Shown here piece after piece: positions 46,657 through 54,182 of a stretch of 54,182 nt of DNA (position 1 is its first letter; each line of letters begins with the position of its first letter). This stretch comes from a virus (lineage: Duplodnaviria; Heunggongvirae; Uroviricota; Caudoviricetes). The notes under the pieces are model-generated. The model did not search any database. It saw only the letters and a list, made by a program, of their open reading frames with translations, and was not told where the DNA came from. Location: IMG/VR virus record IMGVR_UViG_2585427735_000009, one strand, 5' to 3'. The translations under genes and the position numbers were made by a program.

Positions 46657-48018
46657 ATGACTCGGAGTGAAATAAACGTCTGGGATAAGAGACGAGGCAC
46701 CAATAGTCATCGTGTGGAGGAGATTCGATCTGAAGCTCAGCACGACCTTTCTCGACTGATTCACTCGTCTGCTTTCAGACGATTGCAATCCAAAACACAG
46801 GTTCTTGGTCTGGGTGAAAGTGATTTCTACCGCACACGACTGACTCATTCTATGGAAGTCGCACAAATCGGTTCAGGTCTTCTTGCTAAGCTGAAAATAA
46901 AATATAAAGGTAAAGAGCAAGAGCAATTTTTACCAGATAACGATCTTATGCAGGCAGTATGTCTCGCACATGATATTGGACATCCTCCATTTGGTCACGG
47001 CGGTGAGGTAGCTCTTAACTACTGTATGCAGGATTACGGTGGTTTTGAAGGAAACGGTCAGACACTTCGCATTCTCTCGAAACTAGATAAGTATACCGTT
47101 GAACACGGACTCGATCCTACACGCAGACTTCTGCTAGGCATACTGAAATATCCGGTTAAATACTCGGATCTAGTGGTTACAAAAGACAGAATCCCGGCCA
47201 CTATCGGATCGCCGAACTGGCTCTTTAAGTCATCTGATTTTAAACCTCCAAAATGCTATCTAGATTCAGAATGCGATGTTGTAGAATTTGCTCTTTCACC
47301 ATTTACTGAACAGGATCGGAGGCTTTTTACTTCCGTTGAAGATGGTCAAACTAAATCCGATCATAAAAAAGCTTCTTATAAAGCTCTCGATACAACCATC
47401 ATGGATCTTGCCGATGAAATTTCGTATTCGCTGCACGATTTGGAGGATGCTATTTCTCTCGGAATGGTGACACGAGAAATGTGGATGGAGCATTTCAGTG
47501 AATATGAAACCCTATTTACTAACTGCCATGGAGAAACATTTTCCGCAACATGTGAATCTGTCGCGGATAGCCTTTTTGGTGAAAGTTACAAGAGAAAAGA
47601 GTGCATCGGGATGCTGGTTCACCTGATGATTACAAGCGTTGAGCTTATTACAAAGAATCCAGCATTCGAATGTGGCATGCTCAAATATAATGCGGTCCTT
47701 CCGGAAGCGGTCGAAGCACTACGGTTTAAAATTTTCAAACTGGTCAAAAATAAAGTAATTAAGCATGAAAATGTACAGCAGCTTGAATTCAAGGGACAAA
47801 AGTTGATTGTTGAGCTTTTCGGTGTGCTGGCTAACGATCCGTGTCGGTTTCTACCGGCATCAACGAGGGAAATTTACGAGCGGCAGACTAGCTTGGACGA
47901 GAAGGCTGGTATGCGAGTCATTTGCGACTATGTTTCAGGGATGACTGATGACTATGCAACAAAGCTTTATGAGAAGATCCTTATTCCACGCAAAGGGTCT
48001 ATTTTTGACCATCTCTAA
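46657..48018 (+). CDS. dGTP triphosphohydrolase (Dgt-family HD-domain dGTPase); candidate anti-phage dNTP-depletion enzyme
   Basis: ATG at 46657 with GAGGA RBS; motifs AFRRLQSKTQV, RTRLTHSMEVAQIG, AHDIGHPPFGHGGE, LADEISYSLHDLEDA match Dgt HD-domain signatures as recalled; AT-rich relative to Rac core. Confidence 0.82.
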   Translation: MTRSEINVWDKRRGTNSHRVEEIRSEAQHDLSRLIHSSAFRRLQSKTQVLGLGESDFYRTRLTHSMEVAQIGSGLLAKLKIKYKGKEQEQFLPDNDLMQAVCLAHDIGHPPFGHGGEVALNYCMQDYGGFEGNGQTLRILSKLDKYTVEHGLDPTRRLLLGILKYPVKYSDLVVTKDRIPATIGSPNWLFKSSDFKPPKCYLDSECDVVEFALSPFTEQDRRLFTSVEDGQTKSDHKKASYKALDTTIMDLADEISYSLHDLEDAISLGMVTREMWMEHFSEYETLFTNCHGETFSATCESVADSLFGESYKRKECIGMLVHLMITSVELITKNPAFECGMLKYNAVLPEAVEALRFKIFKLVKNKVIKHENVQQLEFKGQKLIVELFGVLANDPCRFLPASTREIYERQTSLDEKAGMRVICDYVSGMTDDYATKLYEKILIPRKGSIFDHL

Positions 48019-48079
48019 TGCGGCAAGAATGATGCTCTGAGTTCAATTGACCTATAAACATTAACCAAGGCATCTACCA

Positions 48080-48099
48080 GGGGGATATCAAATCCCCCC
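48080..48099 (+). terminator. Hairpin GGGGGAT-ATCAA-ATCCCCC, candidate terminator after dGTPase gene
   Basis: 7-bp G/C-rich stem 62 nt after the dGTPase stop, followed by a weakly T-rich stretch (ATTCTGAATTTGTT). Confidence 0.4.
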
Positions 48100-48428
48100 A
48101 TTCTGAATTTGTTCGTGCAGAATCGGTGAACGTTCTCATCTGAGCGTTAAACGCCAATAATCGTTGATCTACATTGATCATTAATACACCTTAATACCAT
48201 TAGCGTCTTACTCCGTTATGAGAACAAACGCGAACTGACCTGCCCCCAGTATTAGTGACCTTCAGCTACGGTAACTTGTCCGCTTCGTGCCAGAAGCGGA
48301 CATCCATAGAGAAATAAGCGATCAGTTCTTAAATTTGTTGTGATTTTTTGATTTTTTTGTATTCGCAAAGGGATTTGTGTTGGTTGTATAATTACCTAAT
48401 ATTCATACAGTTGAATGGGAGATGTGGG

Positions 48429-49322
48429 ATGAAGTTCTCGTACAGACATGGTTTTGATCCTGAGTATAATAAAAAGCCGATACGGGAAGATGCTCCAGAG
48501 TGGCTTCGCTCTTTATTTTTTGTAACTGTCCTCGATAATTTTTTGTACATTGATGGTGATAGCCGCATTACGAATGATGAGAACAAGCCGTTGGGTATTA
48601 AGGCTTTGATCGAGCGACTTTGCGCAGAGAATGGTCAAGAAACAGATCATGAGGATTTCGATTCATGGTACTGCTATGATGCTTTGAAAGCGCGTTTGCA
48701 ACATATGCGTTGGTTTCAATTTTATGATGCTGTTGAGATTATCGGAGATCTATTAAGAAAAAGAGATGTAGAAAGAGGCCATACTTGGGGTAAGAAGGCA
48801 TTAGAAGACATTACTTTTACATCATATCGTCAGAAATTGAACGAGTTATTCGCATCTCGAAATATTGACTGGAAAATGAATTCTGCTGGTAGGTTAGAAA
48901 CACCACTACCAAATGAATTAGAACAAAAAATCGATGAAACTAACAACTTATTGCAAGACCAGTTTGAACCTGCAAGGAGGCACTATGTGAAAGCCCGGGC
49001 TTTTGCATTAGGTGCGCATAAGGATCCAGAAAATTCCATAAAAGAATCAATAAGTGCAATAGAAAGCATGTGTCGGACTTATTATCCTTCAGCCTCAACC
49101 TTGGGCGATGTATTAAAACTGATGAGAAAAGAAAACACTATCTCACCTATGCTTTTAACGGTGATAGAGAAATTTTACGCTTATACAAATGCAGAGCCAG
49201 CAGTAAGACATGGTAGCAACAAGGTTTCTTCTGTCTTGGAATACGATGCTGAATTCGTGTTGCATATATCAGCAGCATTTATTAGAACAATAATACAAAG
49301 AAAAGCTGTTTTGGATAACTAA
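48429..49322 (+). CDS. Hypothetical protein, possible Abi/HEPN-like abortive-infection candidate
   Basis: ATG at 48429 (MKFSYRHGFDPEYNKK...), about 297 aa, AT-rich; possible R-x6-H motif (RAFALGAH) in C-terminal half; upstream extended -10 TGTATAAT near 48386. Confidence 0.5.
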   Translation: MKFSYRHGFDPEYNKKPIREDAPEWLRSLFFVTVLDNFLYIDGDSRITNDENKPLGIKALIERLCAENGQETDHEDFDSWYCYDALKARLQHMRWFQFYDAVEIIGDLLRKRDVERGHTWGKKALEDITFTSYRQKLNELFASRNIDWKMNSAGRLETPLPNELEQKIDETNNLLQDQFEPARRHYVKARAFALGAHKDPENSIKESISAIESMCRTYYPSASTLGDVLKLMRKENTISPMLLTVIEKFYAYTNAEPAVRHGSNKVSSVLEYDAEFVLHISAAFIRTIIQRKAVLDN

Positions 49323-49562
49323 GTCAGACTTACAGCCAACTGACTGTCTCTTATTATTCAAAACATAATAATGTTAGGTCCGCTTATCGCACATCAGGGA
49401 CAACCATACTCAAATCTCCCACATTGCAGGAGATTTGAGTGTGAACACGTCACCGTGGAACAAAGACTGTATCATCGGTCAAAAAAGACCTGGTTATCTA
49501 GCAAAAACTTTTAACATACCAACAAACTTAATTTATTTAAATGCTATTAATACAACTAATGT

Positions 49563-50789
49563 TTAAAATATATATTTTATATCAACCCAATTTTTAGCAT
49601 TATTGTCAACTAAAGTAACGCTATGTCCATGACTTGAATTTATAGCATCGATTACTGATTGTGATGGGTGTCCATGTGAATGACCATCCGACTGAGCTAT
49701 AAACAAAACATTATCAAAATCCGCAATTATTTTTTGATTGAAATTTAATTCCGAACCATGATGAGGTAATGTCATCACCCTTACCGTTTTAATCACTTTT
49801 GAATAGAATTCAGCCCATTTATTATAATACAATGATGTATTAAGCTTTGAGTCACCTGTTAATAAAACAGATCTAATTCCTTTATCTCTATCAAAGAGAA
49901 AATGTCGCTCAACCCGACTATTTCTAAAACTAAACCACTCACGAGAAGGCTCATTAACAATTTTCATCTCAGCTTCTTGATTATTAATAATCAAGAGATT
50001 GATTGATATTACATTATGATCGCCAGCAAGTTTTAAATAACACTCGCGTAATTTCTTTCTTTCCCCCGTGCTAGTTAATATTTTAAGCATTTTTTTCTTA
50101 CTTAACTCAGTAAAACCATTTTCTATTAACTGCTGACTGAAAATTTCAATTTTCTTACGTGAACGGGGCGGTATCCAAGAAATAAATGACATTAGTGTAT
50201 CAGTTTTGTTTTCCCCAATCCTTTTAACCAACCAACGGTTACATTCAACATCTCCTTTGGAGTCAGATATTTTCATTGGTAAGCTTACAGCGCTATCCTT
50301 AATGTTTTCACTATTAAATATAGGAGGGTCAAAATTATCATCAATATCACAGGGGTAAAGCAAAGATATATCTACCTCAGGCAACCTTGATTTTATCCAT
50401 TTGACAGGATCAATGAGAAATTCCATAAAAAGACCTGACGTAGAATTAGAGCATAGCTCCGATGCAATTAAGTAATAGCTATCATGGATATCTAGGTATG
50501 GTAATACAACCTTGCGTATTTTGTTATCTACAAGCTGACATAAATGGTCAAATCCATTTATATGGTCTGAATCCAAATGAGAGATGTATACCACATCAAT
50601 ATATTTCTCATCAATATTAAAGAGAGATTTAGCCACATCCATCTCCCTACGCAACGCATTTAATTGGTCACTTCCGCAGTCATACACATAACTGTAAAGC
50701 AAACTACCATCCCTTCCCCTCAGTCCGCCTAAACTAAATCCACCCTGGCCAACGGGAAACAATCTTTTATGAAATACTTCTCCGCTCAT
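49563..50789 (-). CDS. Standalone metallo-beta-lactamase-fold hydrolase (ComEC-type motifs), candidate nuclease
   Basis: 408 aa, ATG at 50789 with AAGGA RBS; MBL motifs HLDSDH (HxHxDH), LTGDSKL and LPHHGS; very AT-rich. Confidence 0.7.
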   Translation of the reverse strand: MSGEVFHKRLFPVGQGGFSLGGLRGRDGSLLYSYVYDCGSDQLNALRREMDVAKSLFNIDEKYIDVVYISHLDSDHINGFDHLCQLVDNKIRKVVLPYLDIHDSYYLIASELCSNSTSGLFMEFLIDPVKWIKSRLPEVDISLLYPCDIDDNFDPPIFNSENIKDSAVSLPMKISDSKGDVECNRWLVKRIGENKTDTLMSFISWIPPRSRKKIEIFSQQLIENGFTELSKKKMLKILTSTGERKKLRECYLKLAGDHNVISINLLIINNQEAEMKIVNEPSREWFSFRNSRVERHFLFDRDKGIRSVLLTGDSKLNTSLYYNKWAEFYSKVIKTVRVMTLPHHGSELNFNQKIIADFDNVLFIAQSDGHSHGHPSQSVIDAINSSHGHSVTLVDNNAKNWVDIKYIF

Positions 50790-51503
50790 ATATCCTTCTT
50801 ACACCCTAACGTGATCATAAAATTGTCTTAAAGTTAAGTTTAAAGCTAAAAAGTCACAGCTCATTCCAACTCGTGAGCAATAGGAATGTATATTCAATCA
50901 GTTAGAGGATCAACCCGATTTTCTCTAATGAGATTTCGCAACGCAGTACGAACAGCAGCTACTTCTGCCATCTCATTAACAACCACACTGGACTACAATC
51001 CCCTAAGTTCTACAGACTGTAACCATATCCTCTTCACAGAAATAATCTGATTAATGCTGAAGGTCATCTTTCTCGACGCGAATGTATGACATAACAACCT
51101 CAGTTAATTATCTTTCGATAGAAAAATACCTTCACAAAAGGTTTAAGCAACCCATCACAAGACAACACGCTAAGCTTGCCTTGTAAGCGTCCTGCTTAAC
51201 CGAACAGTTCGCTTTCAGAGGATCTCCGGAGAACAGCTCCGATGCCTTATAAGGCCAATGCTCGCTCCTCGCTCACTGCGGACCTAAGGTTTGGTCAGCT
51301 TGTTCGCACTCTGCCAAAAGCGGGAGTTACTCCCATTCGGTGTTAATCAATGTAGAGCAGATCAATCAACGACAAAGAAAATGAGAGGCATATCACTACT
51401 CATATGAAAATTATTGTAGTAAAGTGAGCCGTAAGTTCATCATTTATAAATCATATAGCATATATGTTATATCAATTTTAATTTAAATGGCAGAATAATT
51501 ACC

Positions 51504-52208
51504 ATGGAAAAAATTAAAACTCCTTGTCCATATTGTAAAGGTGAAAAAAATTGCCACATAATAGGCCATAAAAAAAGAGAATGGAGTGAGGATGATGGGG
51601 GCAACTATTTTTGGGCTGAAAGTGAATACAAATTATTAGAGTGTATGGGGTGCGACGGAATATTTACATATATTAAATCCCGTCACAGTGAAGATTACGA
51701 CATTGAAAGAGATGAGTCAGGCTATGATTGTATGGTATATAACTATCATATATCAACATATCCCACTCAAGAGCAAGAAGAGATTAGACCAACTTGGTTT
51801 GGTGAGACATTAAACAAAGATCGTCAGCTGTATGTAATAATGAACGAAATGTACATCGCATTTCAAAATAAATCATTCATTTTAGCGGCGATTGGACTTA
51901 GAACTATTTTTGACAGAACAGTTGAGGTTCTAAATATTCATCCAGGATATACATTAGGCCAGAAGGTTGACATTCTTAAAGAGGAAGGTTTTATTGGGGA
52001 AACAGAAAGGAGCCAACTTAAAATTGTAACCGAAGCTGGCAACTCAGCTGCACACAGGACATGGGCACCGAACGAAACTGAATTTAAATCGCTTTTGGTA
52101 ATTATAGAAAATTTTGTAATGCGAACAATACTAAAAAATGAGGATATATTTAAGATTACAGAAAAATTACCTGCGAAATATCCAAGACCTCCCAAAAAGC
52201 AAGAATAA
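51504..52208 (+). CDS. Zinc-ribbon protein with DUF4145/HEPN-like C-terminal domain (candidate Abi-type effector)
   Basis: 234 aa; N-terminal CPYC-x-CH ... CMGCDG zinc ribbon; C-terminal AAIGLRTIFDR...GETERSQLKIVTEAGNSAAH resembling the DUF4145 GNxxxH signature as recalled; AT-rich. Confidence 0.55.
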   Translation: MEKIKTPCPYCKGEKNCHIIGHKKREWSEDDGGNYFWAESEYKLLECMGCDGIFTYIKSRHSEDYDIERDESGYDCMVYNYHISTYPTQEQEEIRPTWFGETLNKDRQLYVIMNEMYIAFQNKSFILAAIGLRTIFDRTVEVLNIHPGYTLGQKVDILKEEGFIGETERSQLKIVTEAGNSAAHRTWAPNETEFKSLLVIIENFVMRTILKNEDIFKITEKLPAKYPRPPKKQE

Positions 52209-52704
52209 TGTACGTAAGTGTAAATAGAGCTAAGAGATTATATATTGACTCTGGTTATCTCTATTAGCACATGCTTTTTGTAATGCCTTAACTGATTATT
52301 TAAACTCCTGTCAGCTTTTCGCTCAAAGCGGACTAAAGTGTTGGCTTGTGACTGACTTAGCGCATTTAAGGAAGTGGTGGTGGTGACGGGGTGTTGTGTC
52401 CCATTTCCACAGAATAAATCAGAGAAACTATAGCGGCTGTAATGGCAATCTATGGTCTTGCTATTGCTCTTATGGATCACCTTTCTGATTGATTTCATAT
52501 TGGCGAGGTAACGGGAGTTAAGTAGAATAGCTGCGGGTGCTTGAGGCTGTCTGCCTCGGGCATGAACACCAAAGGCAGATAGAGAAAAGCCCCAGTTAAC
52601 ATTACGCGTCCGGCAAGACGCTTAACATTAATCTGAGGCCACATCTATGCTTTGCATACGTAGATTAGCCTCTTACCGACCAAAAGGTCAAGGAGAAGCA
52701 GGCT

Positions 52705-52860
52705 ATGAAGCAGCAAAAGGCGATGTTAATCACCCTGATCGTCATCTGTTTAACCGTTATAGTGACGGTACTGGTAACGAGGAAAGACCTCTGCGAGGTA
52801 CGAATCCGAACCGACCAGACGGAGGTCGCTGTCTTCACAGCTTACGAACTTGGGGAGTAA
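52705..52860 (+). CDS. hokD: Hok-family membrane toxin (HokD/RelF-like)
   Basis: Hand translation MKQQKAMLITLIVICLTVIVTVLVTRKDLCEVRIRTDQTEVAVFTAYELGE (51 aa); below ORF-track cutoff. Confidence 0.8.
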   Translation: MKQQKAMLITLIVICLTVIVTVLVTRKDLCEVRIRTDQTEVAVFTAYELGE

Positions 52861-52882
52861 GAGGACCAGCGGGGAGAAATCC

Positions 52883-52905
52883 CATAAGCGCTAACTTAAG
52901 GGTTG
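52883..52905. repeat. IS186 terminal inverted repeat
   Basis: CATAAGCGCTAACTTAAGGGTTG, matching the IS186 terminal repeat as recalled, preceded by G-rich target-like sequence GGGGAGAAATCC. Confidence 0.6.
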
Positions 52906-53053
52906 AACCATCTGAAGAATGCGACGCCTCGGTGCCTCGTTAAGACGATGCCTCGCGTTCTTCAATTGCGTTTTGTAGGCTGTCAGGGATACTGTCCCAC
53001 GAATGGCCACCTGTAAGCTCCAGATGACCATTTTTGTTATTCTCCACAACGAG

Positions 53054-54166
53054 TTAGTTCTTCTTTTCGGATCCGGCACTTCTGGGGGGGAAATCCAGCG
53101 ATGGCTGGATTATGTCGTCAATTAAAAATGCGGCGAGTAGATTAGCAAATATCCACGCTTTCGCGAGTTCAGGTTCCTTTGCACGCAAAGCATCCAGGTG
53201 CAGCAAACTTTTGAGCCGCTTAAAAGCCAGTTCAATTTGCCATCGCAGACGGTAACAATCAGCCACTTGCTCTGCTGAATATTCATCTTCCGGTAATGAT
53301 GTTAGCAATAGCACATGGCCCGCTGCTTCCAGCGTTTCCGCCTGAACTACTCGTCCTTTTCGACGATTCTCGCTGAGCAGTCGGGTTTTACTGATTAATG
53401 CTTTTTCGGGAGGAAGTGATACGGCAATGAGACGTGCCGGAAAGGGAGCTCCGGCTTTTTTATTACCTGAATTGCCTATCATTACAGTGGTTTCACCGTT
53501 CTTACCGCAATCCAGCCCGCGCAGAAAACCCATCATGTCAAAGCGCATTCCTTCTGCAGTTAACCAGCGCAATCCTCGCCAGTGAACCCGGACGATATAA
53601 TCAGCTTCTCCAAAAGCAAGTGAGCGGATACATTCGGGACGCGAACCGAATCCCCGGTCAGCAATGCGTATCTCGTCTGCCGTTTGCGCAAATCGGTCCA
53701 GCCGTTCAGCGTCTCTGCTGTCGGTTAGCTCAAAATCAGTGAACTGACAGGTATGAGGATCATATCCCATATGTAGTCGCCATTCAGCGCTGCCGCCCCC
53801 GGGCGCACTGATTGCTGTTCCATCGACAAGACGCAATCTCTTTCCGCTTGTACAACCCGTAACTGCGGCGCGTACAGCAAGTGTTTGTGCGGCAAGTATG
53901 CCAAACCAGTCGGCGGCATTCCGCAGCCGCTTCAGGAGAGCCACGTCAGATAATGTTGCAACGTCATGGAGCTGAGCCCATGCAGTGACTTCACGTAATG
54001 ACATCCCCCCGGGGCCGTAAGCCAGCCCCAGACGTAGCAGAGTTGCAGCATCACGAATTTCGCGGCGGCGGGTTAGAGCCCCGGCATTACGTGCCGAAGT
54101 ATCCAGTTCTTCGGGCTTACCAATATGGGCCAGAATTGCTGACCAGTTATCGTGAGAGTAATTCAT
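53054..54166 (-). CDS. IS186 transposase (IS4 family, DDE)
   Basis: ATG at 54166 (MNYSHDNWSAILAHIGKPEELDTSARNAG...), 370 aa. Confidence 0.85.
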   Translation of the reverse strand: MNYSHDNWSAILAHIGKPEELDTSARNAGALTRRREIRDAATLLRLGLAYGPGGMSLREVTAWAQLHDVATLSDVALLKRLRNAADWFGILAAQTLAVRAAVTGCTSGKRLRLVDGTAISAPGGGSAEWRLHMGYDPHTCQFTDFELTDSRDAERLDRFAQTADEIRIADRGFGSRPECIRSLAFGEADYIVRVHWRGLRWLTAEGMRFDMMGFLRGLDCGKNGETTVMIGNSGNKKAGAPFPARLIAVSLPPEKALISKTRLLSENRRKGRVVQAETLEAAGHVLLLTSLPEDEYSAEQVADCYRLRWQIELAFKRLKSLLHLDALRAKEPELAKAWIFANLLAAFLIDDIIQPSLDFPPRSAGSEKKN

Positions 54167-54182
54167 CGGCACGTTAAATCAT

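Larger units (their letters stand above)
34674..54182. mobile_element. Rac-like lambdoid prophage (left arm plus cargo island; right boundary not in window)
   Basis: Begins at ttcA 3' end with intR; gene order intR-xis-ydaC-ralR-recT-recE-racC-ydaE-kilR / sieB / ydaF-ydaG-racR / ydaS-ydaT-ydaU-ydaV matches Rac as I recall it. Confidence 0.75.
52883..54182. mobile_element. IS186 (IS4 family), truncated by window end
   Basis: Terminal IR at 52883 plus 370-aa IS4-family transposase ORF on minus strand; expected ~1.34-kb element extends past position 54182. Confidence 0.8.

Noticed and set aside
52238-52498. 86-aa minus-strand ORF upstream of hok
   Set aside because: No recognisable domain or RBS; lies in the expected hok mRNA leader/promoter region, so probably not coding, but cannot be excluded.
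52647-52943. 98-aa plus-strand ORF overlapping hok
   Set aside because: Not a standalone gene: it is in the mok-like overlapping frame and reads through into the IS186 terminal repeat, so its 3' part is an artefact of the insertion.

Overview
The window is an Enterobacteriaceae (E. coli-like) chromosomal segment holding two prophages almost back to back. (1) Positions 1 to ~33101 are most of a Mu-like transposable prophage, genes mainly on the minus strand in Mu order: tail fibre (partial), baseplate, tape measure, tube, sheath, head genes, portal, terminase, lysis cassette, Mor/C activator, GemA, a block of about 13 small accessory early genes, Gam, B, A transposase, Ner and the c repressor. 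Its c-end abuts a 3' fragment of the host RNA helicase gene dbpA, so the prophage has disrupted dbpA. (2) After intact ttcA, a Rac-like lambdoid prophage begins (intR, xis, ydaC, ralR, recT, recE, racC, ydaE, kilR, sieB, ydaF/ydaG, racR, ydaS, ydaT, ydaU, DnaC-like ydaV). Where K-12 Rac carries late genes, this element carries a visibly AT-rich cargo island: a Dgt-family dGTPase (a known anti-phage dNTP-depletion family), a putative Abi/HEPN-like protein, a standalone MBL-fold hydrolase, and a zinc-ribbon/DUF4145-like protein, each on its own transcription unit, followed by a hokD-like toxin gene with an IS186 copy inserted about 20 bp after its stop codon. The IS186 runs off the window end. 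The island's three uncharacterised genes and the Mu-like accessory early block are the best candidates for undescribed phage-defence or anti-defence functions. No rRNA, tRNA or CRISPR array was seen. All calls rest on reading the translations and sequence by eye; no database search or computation was run.
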